Notes: a model not told the origin generated them from the letters alone. Numbered from the stretch's first letter, positions 29,385-39,384 are shown. The stretch is DNA of 64,000 nucleotides from Bacilli bacterium (GCA_050949315.1 JBMNFL010000001.1:704001-768000); one strand, 5' to 3'. Translations and numbers: made by a program.

Positions 29385-29675
29385 CTATTGTTCTAAGGCT
29401 ACGATTATGTGACGAATAACGTTGACATTAATATCACAGAGTCTTTCAAACTCAGCGTTGAGCTTGTTGTTTTCTGTTTCATAATTAACGACAACATAAT
29501 ATCCGCGGGTTTCCTTATTGATTTCATAAGCTAGTTCGCGGCTGCCCCATTCATCAACATTAGTAATCATCGCTCCGTTTGTTTTGAGAATATTTAAAAG
29601 GTTCTCAATTTGAGCTTTGCGTGTTTCTTCATCAAGATTATTGTTGAGAATGAACATGGTTTCGTACTTTTGCAT
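29385..29675 (-). CDS. rpsF: 30S ribosomal protein S6
   Basis: Motifs KYETMFI, WGSRELAYEI and VIRH; rpsF-ssb-rpsR operon. Confidence 0.97.
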   Translation of the reverse strand: MQKYETMFILNNNLDEETRKAQIENLLNILKTNGAMITNVDEWGSRELAYEINKETRGYYVVVNYETENNKLNAEFERLCDINVNVIRHIIVALEQ

Positions 29676-29680
29676 ATTTA

Positions 29681-29750
29681 CACCTCCTCACGGTCTGTCG
29701 GCCACTTTTTAAAAAGTAGCGAAGAGTATGCACTTCTTCACATAGTGCCC
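29681..29750 (-). promoter_or_regulatory. S6:S18 ribosomal protein leader (cis-regulatory RNA)
   Basis: The minus strand reads CTCTTC-GCTACTTTTTAAAAAGTGGC-CG-ACAGACCGT-GAGGAG: a stem, a CCG-containing internal loop and a stem that sequesters the SD. The -10 TATAAT is at 29755-29760. Confidence 0.7.
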
Positions 29751-29827
29751 AGTCATTATAATACAAATTATTCTAATCTGTAAAGATTTTTTGACTTCTT
29801 TGGACTTTTTTCATCTATGCGAAAATA

Positions 29828-30109
29828 TTATAACATATCATTAGATTTTTTTATATCTTTTCTTTCTTCTTTTAAGACTGTATATATGCTTTCTGCTTCG
29901 TTATTTTTAATGTTTTCTCCTAAACAACTGACGCGAATAGTCAAATGGCAGTTTTTCAGTTGCAAAAATAAAATGTCGCCCTTTTTTACTTCGCTTGATG
30001 GCTTAGCAAGTCGTCCATTTATTTCGACACGCCCTAACTGGACTAAATCTTTAGCCGTTTTTCTTCTTTTCATAATTCGTGATAATTTTAAATATTTATC
30101 TAAACGCAT
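29828..30109 (-). CDS. rqcP: S4-domain RNA-binding protein YabO/RqcP (Hsp15-like)
   Basis: Sequence MRLDKYLKLSRIMKRRKTAK...GRVEING...KPSSEVKKGD. Confidence 0.85.
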   Translation of the reverse strand: MRLDKYLKLSRIMKRRKTAKDLVQLGRVEINGRLAKPSSEVKKGDILFLQLKNCHLTIRVSCLGENIKNNEAESIYTVLKEERKDIKKSNDML

Positions 30110-30214
30110 CAAACATCACCACTTAAATTTTAACACATTTTTATTCCTTCTTGTTTTTGTTTTACAAAAGACAAAAAAATGTTACAATTATTTTACAAGA
30201 AAGTAGGGTTAAAT

Positions 30215-31087
30215 ATGGAAATATTTGAATATCAAAATCTTTCTGGGCTTAAGTGGGAACACGATAATCCTTCTTATATTGTTGTTGTCTCGCACGGTAT
30301 GGCTGAACATATTGAACGTTATGATTATTTTGCTAACAAGTTAGTGGCCGATGGCGCTTGTGTTTTTGGACTTGACCAAATAGGACACGGAAAAAAGGCG
30401 GGCTCTGATCTTGGTCATTGGAATCCTGGGGATTTCAATAATTGTGTTGAACATTTTTACCAATTAATTCTGCTATTAAAAGAAAGGTTTCCTGACCTTC
30501 CTATTATTCTTTTTGGTCACTCTATGGGATCATATCTTACCCAACAATACATCAAAGTTCATGGCGACAGTGTATCTAAAGTAATTCTTTCGGGAAGCAG
30601 TAAAACAGGGGCCTTACATAAAATGGGGAAATTTTTGGCAGACTTTTTTACTTATGGTAATCAAAAAAATCCTAACGCCTTTTTAAATAATTTATCCTTC
30701 GGCTCTTACAATAAACCTTTTAAACCTAATAGAACCGAATTTGATTGGTTATCTAGAGATGAGAAACAAGTTGATAAATATGTTAACGACCCTCTCTGTG
30801 GTTATTGCTGCACAACTGGCTTTTTTAGAGAATTTTTAACTGGATTAGCAAAGTTGAATAACGGTGTTTCTTCCGTTCCTAAGTCTTTACCAATTCTTAT
30901 ATTGTCTGGAGACAAAGATCCCGTGGGGGCGCAAGGAAAAGATACCAAAAAACTTTATGATATGTATATTAAAAACGGATTAAAGAATGTTGAGATTAAA
31001 CTTTATAAAGATGGACGGCATGAAATGCTAAACGAAATTAACAAGGATGAGGTTATTTCTGATATTATTAGCTGGATTCATCAATAG
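30215..31087 (+). CDS. Alpha/beta hydrolase (lysophospholipase-like)
   Basis: Motifs HGMAEH, GHG, nucleophile GHSMGS, GDKDPV and RHEMLNE; start set to ATG 30215. Confidence 0.9.
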   Translation: MEIFEYQNLSGLKWEHDNPSYIVVVSHGMAEHIERYDYFANKLVADGACVFGLDQIGHGKKAGSDLGHWNPGDFNNCVEHFYQLILLLKERFPDLPIILFGHSMGSYLTQQYIKVHGDSVSKVILSGSSKTGALHKMGKFLADFFTYGNQKNPNAFLNNLSFGSYNKPFKPNRTEFDWLSRDEKQVDKYVNDPLCGYCCTTGFFREFLTGLAKLNNGVSSVPKSLPILILSGDKDPVGAQGKDTKKLYDMYIKNGLKNVEIKLYKDGRHEMLNEINKDEVISDIISWIHQ

Positions 31088-31098
31088 GGGGGATTGTT

Positions 31099-31761
31099 TT
31101 GTTACCAAACATTGAATGGTGGGAAGTTCTAATTAGACTTTTCGGCGCTATAATCTGTGGCGGATTATTTGGATTAGAAAGAGAATTTTCGGGACATCCC
31201 GCTGGTTTAAGGACGCACATTCTTGTTTGTCTAGGTGCGTGTCTAGTTATGTTAATCTCATTATATGGTTTTGATAACACTGCTGACCCCGCCCGCTTAG
31301 CGGCTCAAGTTGTTAGTGGTATTGGCTTTTTAGGAGCCGGAGCCATTATTCGCGAAGGTGGCGATATCAAAGGTATTACAACTGCGGCTGCTCTTTGGAT
31401 TGTTGCAATAGTTGGTTTAGCCATTGGTAATGGTGCCTATTTGGCGGCGGCCATCACAACCGTGAGTTCAATAATTTTAATGATTCTTCTCCGTTCCTTA
31501 CAAAAGAAATTAGGAAGGCGCTCACAACACTTTGTAATAATTTTAGACGGGCAAAAACCCATGCTCAAAAAACTTGTTGAAATTTGTGATGAATTAGATG
31601 TTATTATCACTCATGTTGAAGCTAAAACTGTTGAATGGGGGAACGTTGATGCTCTTCAAATATCAGCATCTTTTAATCCTAGAACCGCCAAGACCTCAAT
31701 TTCAACTTTGTTTATCGAAATTGAAGACCAACTCAAGCCTCTTTCTATAAAATTAAAATAA
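31099..31761 (+). CDS. MgtC/SapB family membrane protein
   Basis: Motifs GLERE...AGLRTH, RLAAQVVSGIGFLGAG and GITTAAALW; ACT-like C-terminus. Confidence 0.92.
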   Translation: MLPNIEWWEVLIRLFGAIICGGLFGLEREFSGHPAGLRTHILVCLGACLVMLISLYGFDNTADPARLAAQVVSGIGFLGAGAIIREGGDIKGITTAAALWIVAIVGLAIGNGAYLAAAITTVSSIILMILLRSLQKKLGRRSQHFVIILDGQKPMLKKLVEICDELDVIITHVEAKTVEWGNVDALQISASFNPRTAKTSISTLFIEIEDQLKPLSIKLK

Positions 31762-31790
31762 AAACGAATACTAGAAAGTATCCGTTTTTT
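31760..31790. terminator. Bidirectional terminator between mgtC and recR
   Basis: AAAACGAATACT-AGAA-AGTATCCGTTTTTT. Confidence 0.7.
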
Positions 31791-31792
31791 CT

Positions 31793-32389
31793 TTACATTT
31801 TTCGTCTTCCTTCAATTGCTTTTATTAGAGTGTATTCATCCGTATAATCCAAATTTGCCCCCAAAGGAAGACCATAAGCAATCCTTGAAACAAGAACGTT
31901 TTTATCGCTTAATATCTTTGCTAAATACAACGCTGTCGTTTCACCTTCGGTTGTTGGGTTGGTAGCTATTATAACTTCTTTTATTTTACCTTTACTTATT
32001 CTTTCTATTAAACTTTGAATATTTAAATCGCGGGGACTAACTCCATTAGTAGCCGAAATAACCCCATATAAAATGTGATATAGTCCGTTATAGTCGCGGG
32101 CTTTTTCAATAGCAAACGCATCTTTAGGGTTTTGAACAACACAAACTATTTCTTGATTGCGCCGTTCATCAGCGCAAACATCACAAACATTTTGATCCGT
32201 AATCTGTCCACAGATAGAACAGCGATGTAATTCTTTTTTAGCGTTGATTAAAGAGGCGGCAAACGCCTTTATTTCTTCTTCGTCCATTTCTAATATCTTA
32301 TAAGCTATTCTTTCGGCTGATTTTAAGCCTATACCAGGGAGTTTTTTTAAGGCATCTATTAATTCTTCAAATGCTCTAGGATAACGCAT
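31793..32389 (-). CDS. recR: Recombination mediator RecR
   Basis: Motifs LPGIGLKSAER, C4 Zn finger and Toprim EVIIATNPTTEGETTA. Confidence 0.97.
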   Translation of the reverse strand: MRYPRAFEELIDALKKLPGIGLKSAERIAYKILEMDEEEIKAFAASLINAKKELHRCSICGQITDQNVCDVCADERRNQEIVCVVQNPKDAFAIEKARDYNGLYHILYGVISATNGVSPRDLNIQSLIERISKGKIKEVIIATNPTTEGETTALYLAKILSDKNVLVSRIAYGLPLGANLDYTDEYTLIKAIEGRRKM

Positions 32390-32390
32390 G

Positions 32391-34301
32391 CTATTCCTCC
32401 TCTATTTCTATCAAAGAGCCAAAAATCCGACGACCAAGTTCCAGCTTTTCATCTATTGGGGCTGGCTCGTGGTTTTCGACTTCTTCTCGACTATAACGAT
32501 CGACAATCAAATAAGGCTGAGGTAATGTTTGGCTTTTCATTTTGTCAATATAATGAAGTTTTAAAAGTTGGAAGTCGTTCTGTGCTACGCCCATAAAGCA
32601 ATAATCTCCACCTAATAACTCTGTTAAAAAATCTTTTATGACGTAATAATTTTCTTTGCGATTGATTGAATCAGCGCGAGGTTTAAAATCAAAAGCGATA
32701 ATAATTCCTTTCGGTCCCGCAGCGATTGGCCCACTATCTAACAACAAAGAGGCTGCCCGATTGTAGTTGGGTTTAGAGGTGTAGTTGTTTATTAAACTCC
32801 ACCTTCCGCGAATGAAAGAAAGGTCTTCTTTAGTGGCTTGAAGCATATAATTTATAGCTTCTTCTTCAGTTATTTCCTTTTGTTTGCTTTTCTCGCTTTC
32901 AAGTTTTTGATCTTCGTCGTCGTTAATTTGCTCATCGCTCATTTTTTGTTCGTTTTCTATAAAATCTTCGCTTTTTTGTAAATTATTCTCACTTTTTTCA
33001 TCCAACAGGGTCGTTTTTCCGTCTAAAAGGGTGTTTTCGGTCTCTTTTTGTGATTCATCGACAACAGCTTCTTCTTCCTTTTTTTCAATTTCTTTTTCTT
33101 GTTTTTCTACTTTTTTATCTTCAACAGGCTGCTCTTCGTGGTTTTTTTCAACAAAACTCTCTTCTTCTTTATTGCCGAGTTTTTCTATCTCGATATTTTT
33201 ATCTACTACAAAAAATTCCCCTTTGCTTTCACAATTACAAAGTTTTAAAACCGCCAATTCAAAATAAGCCTTGGCCGTGTGAACGCGACGATAGTTATTA
33301 TTTGCTTCAAGTAAAATGTCTATATACGCTAACGCTGTTTTAGAATCTATTTTAAGGTTTAGCTTTTGGGCTTGCTCACGATTGATTATTTTTAAAATTT
33401 CTGTGTTGCCTGTTTTGTTATAAATAATAATTTCTTTTAAAATGTTTATCAGCAAATTTGTTAGGCGAACTAAATCTATTCCCTTTTGATCAAAGTCATC
33501 AACAACTTTTAAGGCACGATCTATTTCTCCTTGATTAAAAATATCAATAAACGATATCGCTTCTTCCGTTGACAAAACGCCATAGATATCACGAACGTGT
33601 TGCTCCGTTAAATTATCTCCCGCATAAGCGATTGTTTGGTCTAAAATCCCTATGGCATCTCTAACCCCGCCGTCAGCTAAGGTTGACACTAGAGAAACTA
33701 CTTTAGGTTCATAATTTATTTTTTCTTTTTCTAAAATGATTTTTATTCTTTTTTCAATATCAACATTTGAAATGCGCCCAAAATCAAATCTTTGACAACG
33801 CGAAATAATGGTTGGCAAAACTTTGTGAACTTCGGTTGTTGCTAAAATGAAAATAACATTGATTGGTGGTTCCTCTAAAGTTTTAAGAAGAGCGTTAAAC
33901 GCGCTTGGAGTCATCATATGAACTTCATCGATAATATAAACTTTATATTTTCCTTGAATTGGGGCATATTTGACTTTTTCAATTAATTCACGAACTTCAT
34001 CAACGCTATTGTTGCTGGCGGCATCTATTTCAATAACATCTGGGTGAATTCCCTCAGCAATAGCTTGACAGTTTTCACAGTTCCCGCACGGTTTTTCTCC
34101 GCGTCCTGTACAATTAATTCCTTTAGCAATTAACTTTGCAATCGTTGTTTTTCCTGTGCCTCTAGGCCCAGTCAAAAGATAAGCGTGTGCTATTCGCTCA
34201 TTTTTGATTGCGTTTTTTATTGTCTGAATTATATATTTTTGCCCTACAACTTCATCGAACACTTGTGGTCGATAAAGCCGATATAATGCTCGATATGCCA
34301 T
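32391..34301 (-). CDS. dnaX: DNA polymerase III subunit gamma/tau
   Basis: Motifs YRPQVFDEVVGQ, GPRGTGKT, EIDAASN, IDEVHM and SRC; acidic linker. Confidence 0.96.
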   Translation of the reverse strand: MAYRALYRLYRPQVFDEVVGQKYIIQTIKNAIKNERIAHAYLLTGPRGTGKTTIAKLIAKGINCTGRGEKPCGNCENCQAIAEGIHPDVIEIDAASNNSVDEVRELIEKVKYAPIQGKYKVYIIDEVHMMTPSAFNALLKTLEEPPINVIFILATTEVHKVLPTIISRCQRFDFGRISNVDIEKRIKIILEKEKINYEPKVVSLVSTLADGGVRDAIGILDQTIAYAGDNLTEQHVRDIYGVLSTEEAISFIDIFNQGEIDRALKVVDDFDQKGIDLVRLTNLLINILKEIIIYNKTGNTEILKIINREQAQKLNLKIDSKTALAYIDILLEANNNYRRVHTAKAYFELAVLKLCNCESKGEFFVVDKNIEIEKLGNKEEESFVEKNHEEQPVEDKKVEKQEKEIEKKEEEAVVDESQKETENTLLDGKTTLLDEKSENNLQKSEDFIENEQKMSDEQINDDEDQKLESEKSKQKEITEEEAINYMLQATKEDLSFIRGRWSLINNYTSKPNYNRAASLLLDSGPIAAGPKGIIIAFDFKPRADSINRKENYYVIKDFLTELLGGDYCFMGVAQNDFQLLKLHYIDKMKSQTLPQPYLIVDRYSREEVENHEPAPIDEKLELGRRIFGSLIEIEEE

Positions 34302-34347
34302 AATTCCACCTGCCTGTCTTTATTATACTTTTTTTAAGCTTTCTTTT

Positions 34348-34791
34348 CTATCTCTTTCTTTTGAAGTAATCTTTCAAAAGAACTTCGCATTCTTCTGCCA
34401 TAATTCCACCTGTATGCTTAACATAATGGTTTAAGCCTTGGAGATCAAAACTATAACAGAGTGATTCTACTCCTCCGCCTTTTTTGTCGGTCGCCCCATA
34501 ATATACTTTAGCAATTCTTGACTGAATAATTGCTCCGCAACACATTAAACATGGTTCTAAAGTAACATAAAGATCGCAATTGTCTAAACGCCAATTATTT
34601 AAATGTTTTGTTGCTTTTTCGATGGCGTTGATTTCTGCATGTCTTGTGGGGTTTTTTCTTTTTTCTTTGTTATTATGTCCGCGAGCAATAATTTTACCCT
34701 CATAAACAATCACACAACCAACTGGGACCTCATCAATAAGCGCGGCTTTTTTGGCTTCTTTCAACGCTTCTTTCATGTACTTGCAATCCAT
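34348..34791 (-). CDS. tadA: tRNA adenosine(34) deaminase
   Basis: Motifs EVPVG, HAE, NWRL and TLEPCLMC. Confidence 0.93.
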   Translation of the reverse strand: MDCKYMKEALKEAKKAALIDEVPVGCVIVYEGKIIARGHNNKEKRKNPTRHAEINAIEKATKHLNNWRLDNCDLYVTLEPCLMCCGAIIQSRIAKVYYGATDKKGGGVESLCYSFDLQGLNHYVKHTGGIMAEECEVLLKDYFKRKR

Positions 34792-34812
34792 ATATGCTCC
34801 TCTTTTCTATTA

Positions 34813-34897
34813 AAACGCCATCGCACAAACCCTTTCTACTTATGGCTGCTACCTTCCGGTCCTGACCAGGTTCGTAGTGGAATCTTGCAATGGCACC
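34813..34897 (-). ncRNA. ffs: Small (4.5S-type) signal recognition particle RNA
   Basis: Helix-8 signature GGTCAGGACCGGAAGGTAGCAGCC; 5' end GCCATTGC pairs with 3' end GCGATGGC; -10 TATAAT at 34901-34906. Confidence 0.92.
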
Positions 34898-34937
34898 ATT
34901 ATTATATATGATTTGGCGCTTTTATTCTACTTTTTCT

Positions 34938-36122
34938 TCAAGCCCCTCTTTTTTTAAATAACTCTTCTACCATTAAAGACCACTTAACTGCCGTGTTCCC
35001 GTTTGCTAATAAAAATTTATATATTTCTTCTCCATCAGCAATTTCAAAATTTTCTCCAGCTTTATATGGAAGCGAAAACAAATCAGTAATTGGTATTTCC
35101 TTAACGATTTCCTGTTTATTTATTTCCCCAATATACGTTATTTTTTGATGATCAAGCATAACTTCTCCCTGACCGCTTTCAATTACCTTGTTTGGTATTA
35201 TCTTAATAACTGTAGCCTTATCCTTTAATATAATTTCTTTTTCACCAATTATTTTATTGATACTGTTTCTTTGCCATTCATACCATTGCTGTGGGTGTTC
35301 AAAATATTGATTATCTTCAAAATATCCCGTCTCTTTTATCCGTAATTTAAAACCACATTCTCGACAAAGTATTTCATCATTACGACAAAGTATTTTAAAC
35401 TCAGAGTCACAACTAGGACAACAATACAAAGTTGTTTCTAAACCCTCGGCCAATTTTTTCCCTTTAAATCTTTGCTGTTTTGTTCGATTCCATTCATGGT
35501 CATTAAACATTAATTTTTCGTTTATAATTTTTGTTATTTCTGCTATATCTTTCTCTTTGATTTCTTCTTTGCTAAAAAGTTGCTCTATTATTATTTCGAT
35601 TCTTCCTTTTCGCGAGCTTTTTGCCCATTTTGGTCGGCAAAGATAGCTGCCGTTAATCTTTACACTAACTACCGGCGCTGAACAAAGTTTTAATAATTTA
35701 GAAACAGTTGTTGGTAGCGGAAACCCAGCTCCACAACTCGGCAAACGCCCCGATGGAAAAAGTCCCAAAACGCCTCCTCTTTTTATAACCGACAACATTT
35801 CACGAACAGCTTTTAAATCTTTTTGATATTGAAATTTCGAAATTGTTCCCATTTGTTTTACTAGCCAACTAATTTTTTTGTTTTGAAAATGGCTATAACT
35901 TCCAACAAAATTGATGGCTTGCGGATAAAACGCTCCCTGTATTATGACAGGATCAAAAACCGCGGCGTGATTGGCGATTATAATATATGGTGGTTTAATT
36001 TTTTTAAGATTTATTTTATTAATTATTTTTAATTTATATTTATACTTTAAATAAGGCCACGCGAAAACATAGCAAAAAAACAGCACTATTTTATTTGGTT
36101 TTTTAGTTGCTGTTTTTTTCAT
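34938..36122 (-). CDS. Lysophospholipid acyltransferase (PlsC-like) with C-terminal Cys-containing extension
   Basis: NHAAVFD (HX4D) and LFPSG; CPSC...CREC in the extension. Confidence 0.82.
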   Translation of the reverse strand: MKKTATKKPNKIVLFFCYVFAWPYLKYKYKLKIINKINLKKIKPPYIIIANHAAVFDPVIIQGAFYPQAINFVGSYSHFQNKKISWLVKQMGTISKFQYQKDLKAVREMLSVIKRGGVLGLFPSGRLPSCGAGFPLPTTVSKLLKLCSAPVVSVKINGSYLCRPKWAKSSRKGRIEIIIEQLFSKEEIKEKDIAEITKIINEKLMFNDHEWNRTKQQRFKGKKLAEGLETTLYCCPSCDSEFKILCRNDEILCRECGFKLRIKETGYFEDNQYFEHPQQWYEWQRNSINKIIGEKEIILKDKATVIKIIPNKVIESGQGEVMLDHQKITYIGEINKQEIVKEIPITDLFSLPYKAGENFEIADGEEIYKFLLANGNTAVKWSLMVEELFKKRGA

Positions 36123-36123
36123 A

Positions 36124-37083
36124 TTACGCTTTATATAAATCGTAAATTGCTGTTAATGATTCAGCGTTTTCGATAACGTTTATGGCTTGTGATAACATTT
36201 TACCGATTGATAAAACCTTAACACGAGGACTTTCTTTTTGTAATGGAATGGTGTTTGTTACAACTATTTCCTCAAGCGCTGATTCTTCTAGTTTTGTTAA
36301 GGCGTCATTAGAAAACACCGGATGTGTACAGGCAGCATAAACTTTTTTAGCTCCTTTTTCAATTAGGAATTTGGTTGCTGCCAAAATTGTTCCGCCTGTA
36401 TCAATCATGTCATCAACTATTACAGCCACTTTATCTTTTACATCACCGATAATGTTGACTATTTCAGCAATGTTGGGTTTTGGACGCCGTTTATCAAAAA
36501 TAGCAATTGAACTGCTTAAATAATCTGCTAGATTGCGAGCACGAGTGACACCTCCGTGATCCGGCGATACAACAACAACCTCTTCTTTGGCTATTTCGCT
36601 TGCTAACTTGCGTCTTAGATAACGACCAATTAGATTAATTGCCGACATGTTATCTACTGGGCATTTAAAAAAGCCTTGAATTTGTGGAGCGTGAAGATCA
36701 AAAGAAACAACACGATCTACCCCCGCTGTTTGTAATAAATCAGCCACCAATCTAGCGGTAACTGGCTCTCTAGCTTTGGCTTGCCTATCCTGGCGACCAT
36801 AGCCATAATAAGGAATTATGCAAGTTATTTCTCTAGCAGATGCCCTATTCAAAGCATCGACAAAAATCAATAATTCCATCAACCTTTCGGTTACTGGTGC
36901 GCACGTTGATTGAACAACATAAACGTGCTTTCCTCTAACGCTTTCTAATGTTTCAACAATAATTTCGCCGTCCGCAAAATGTTTAACCTCACAAAGGCCG
37001 CGCCTAATTCCCAACATGGTACAGATTTCATCAGTCACCTTTACATTAGCCGTCAAGGCAAATACTGCAGATTTTTCAAACAT
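36124..37083 (-). CDS. prs: Ribose-phosphate pyrophosphokinase
   Basis: Motifs FADGE, PYYGYGRQDR, DLHAPQIQGFF, SPDHGG and DDMIDTGGT; start ATG 37083 with RBS GGGGGA. Confidence 0.96.
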   Translation of the reverse strand: MFEKSAVFALTANVKVTDEICTMLGIRRGLCEVKHFADGEIIVETLESVRGKHVYVVQSTCAPVTERLMELLIFVDALNRASAREITCIIPYYGYGRQDRQAKAREPVTARLVADLLQTAGVDRVVSFDLHAPQIQGFFKCPVDNMSAINLIGRYLRRKLASEIAKEEVVVVSPDHGGVTRARNLADYLSSSIAIFDKRRPKPNIAEIVNIIGDVKDKVAVIVDDMIDTGGTILAATKFLIEKGAKKVYAACTHPVFSNDALTKLEESALEEIVVTNTIPLQKESPRVKVLSIGKMLSQAINVIENAESLTAIYDLYKA

Positions 37084-37179
37084 TCCCCCATCCCCCAACT
37101 TTCTCAAGAATATTTTTACTTTCTTTTTACTATCATAGCACAATCGCGTTGATTTGTTTCATAAACTTGTGTTTTTTTA

Positions 37180-38022
37180 TCAATTTATTTGATGAACAAT
37201 TTTTACAAACGGATATTTGTTTTTTAATTTTTCTTCACAGGCCTTAAGAAGATCTTTATCTTGACTTAAAGCGTAAACACAACTGCCACTTCCAGACATG
37301 CCAACATAATCAAATCCTTCTTTTTCTAAAACTCTTTCGACCTCGTTTATTTCGGGGCAAAGAATTTTTGCTCCGGCTTCTAAATCATTAAAACAATCTT
37401 TAATTAACGCGGCATAATTTGCGTTTTCGAGATGCTCACGAACTCTATATTGTAGCGACTTTGTCGGTGATTTATCAAAAGCATCATATGCTTCTTTAGT
37501 TGAAACGACACCCGATGGTTTAACTAAGATTAAATTTAATTTTAATGGTGTTTTTATAGGAATAATTTTAGAACCGTCTTCAGCGATGACCGCTAATTTG
37601 TTATAAATGAAGAAAGGGACGTCACTTCCAACTTTAATCCCAATGTCTGCTAATTCTTTTTTTGTTAATTTTAAATCGAGCAATTCATTTAACGCCACCA
37701 AAACTGCGGCTGCATTTGAACTTCCGCCCCCTAGCCCAGCCATCATTGGGATTCTTTTAATAATTTTTACATCTACTCCCTTTTGGAATGGATGTTTCTC
37801 TTGAAGTGCTTTTATTGCTCTATAACAAATGTTGTCTTGGTTAATAGGAACATCTTTTTGATCTGAACTTATTTTTATTTTGTTGCTGTTATTTAAATTA
37901 ACAATGACGTCATCAAATAACGAAACCGGCATGGCGACCGAATTGATTAAGTGCATACCGTTTTCGCTTTTCCCTAGAATTTTTAAACCAAGATTTACCT
38001 TCGCGTAACTTTTAACAATCAT
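37180..38022 (-). CDS. ispE: 4-diphosphocytidyl-2-C-methyl-D-erythritol kinase
   Basis: Motifs AKVNLGL, KRIPMMAGLGGGSSNAA, GSDVPFF and MSGSG. Confidence 0.93.
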   Translation of the reverse strand: MIVKSYAKVNLGLKILGKSENGMHLINSVAMPVSLFDDVIVNLNNSNKIKISSDQKDVPINQDNICYRAIKALQEKHPFQKGVDVKIIKRIPMMAGLGGGSSNAAAVLVALNELLDLKLTKKELADIGIKVGSDVPFFIYNKLAVIAEDGSKIIPIKTPLKLNLILVKPSGVVSTKEAYDAFDKSPTKSLQYRVREHLENANYAALIKDCFNDLEAGAKILCPEINEVERVLEKEGFDYVGMSGSGSCVYALSQDKDLLKACEEKLKNKYPFVKIVHQIN

Positions 38023-38849
38023 TTTCTTCTCCTTATTAAATTTTTAATTAATTCTGTTAGTTCTGTTTCTTTTAATTCACCAATTCGTTTATTACTGTCT
38101 ATATTTAAATTGGTTAACACTTTTTTTCTTTCTTCTTGATCCTCAATTATTTTTTCTAAATTGTTAAAAAGCGTTTTTCGCCTTTGAGAATATAAAACTC
38201 TAATTATTTCTAAAAACGCTGAACTATTAATGTTTTCCTTTTTTTCAAAAAACAAAACCGTTGAGTCAACTTTTGGCCGCGGGGAAAAATCGTTTTTACT
38301 TACTTCGATAATTTTTTGGGTTGTTGCTAAATACTTACTACAAAGCGTTAATTCATTCTCGTCTTTACCCCCAGAACTACTTAAAATGCGTTTAGCCACT
38401 TCTTTTTGCACCATCGCAATAATATCGATTTTTTTGTTAATATTGAGACATTTTACTAAAATGTCGCTGGTTAAATAATAAGGAAGATTGGTAACAATTA
38501 TGGTTTTTTCTTCAATTTCAAGTGTCTCTAGGTCAACCTTCATAAAGTCTTGATGTTTAAGTTCAAAGTTTTTATACTCTTTTAATTCTTCTTTTAATAT
38601 TGGGATTAGTTCTTCGTCAACTTCAAAACAAATTACTTTTTTGGCTTTTTCTAAAAGAAACTGAGTAAGCGCGCCAAGCCCAGGTCCAATTTCTAAAACC
38701 GTTGTCTCTTTATCAATAAAACCACAGTTAGCAATCTTTTCTGGAATTTTTGGTGCAATTAGAAAGTTTTGTCCGTATTTCCTTTTTATTTTAAAGTTAT
38801 ATTTCTTTAAAATTCTATTTGTTTCGGCTCTGGTTGCAATCCTATTCAT
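38019..38849 (-). CDS. rsmA: 16S rRNA m6,2A1518/1519 dimethyltransferase
   Basis: Motifs GQNFL, EIGPGLGALT, NLPY and PRPKVDS. Confidence 0.95.
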   Translation of the reverse strand: MNRIATRAETNRILKKYNFKIKRKYGQNFLIAPKIPEKIANCGFIDKETTVLEIGPGLGALTQFLLEKAKKVICFEVDEELIPILKEELKEYKNFELKHQDFMKVDLETLEIEEKTIIVTNLPYYLTSDILVKCLNINKKIDIIAMVQKEVAKRILSSSGGKDENELTLCSKYLATTQKIIEVSKNDFSPRPKVDSTVLFFEKKENINSSAFLEIIRVLYSQRRKTLFNNLEKIIEDQEERKKVLTNLNIDSNKRIGELKETELTELIKNLIRRRK

Positions 38850-39384
38850 TGGTAATCGCCTCGATTTTTTGGCTTAACTCTTGTTTTGTTAATTTTAACA
38901 TGTTTAAGCGCTTATAAAATGTTTTAGCATTGCAATAGCCAATATTTAAATTTTTACCCAGCCTTTTTCTTAATAAGGCTGAATTTTTGTTGCCGTTTAA
39001 ACCAAGACCAAAAAAGTCCTCCCACCTTAGGTTTTCTCTTTTATTTTGATAACTGATACAACCATTTAAAGCTCTCATAATTGTTTCTTTACTTGCGTGT
39101 TCTACCCCTATTTTTTTTGCTGTTTTAGCTTCCTCTTTATCTAAAAAGGCCTGCTTAGCATCTGGAATTATCTTTAAAATTTCGTTTCTTATTTTGGTCC
39201 CAGGATAATCGGGATCAGTTAGAACGATAAATTCACGGCCTGCTTTTTGAAGTTGTTTAATTGTTATTTTAGTCTCTAAAGGCAAGGCTGTTCCATCGGT
39301 TTTAATAATGTCGGCCTTTAAAAAGCTTTGTAATTTTGTAATATCGTGTTTCCCCTCTACGATAATAACTTCTTTAATCTTCAT
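38842..39384 (-). CDS. rnmV: Ribonuclease M5
   Basis: Motifs IKEVIIVEGKHD, LTDPDYPG, GVEHAS and IGYCNAK. Confidence 0.93.
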   Translation of the reverse strand: MKIKEVIIVEGKHDITKLQSFLKADIIKTDGTALPLETKITIKQLQKAGREFIVLTDPDYPGTKIRNEILKIIPDAKQAFLDKEEAKTAKKIGVEHASKETIMRALNGCISYQNKRENLRWEDFFGLGLNGNKNSALLRKRLGKNLNIGYCNAKTFYKRLNMLKLTKQELSQKIEAITNE

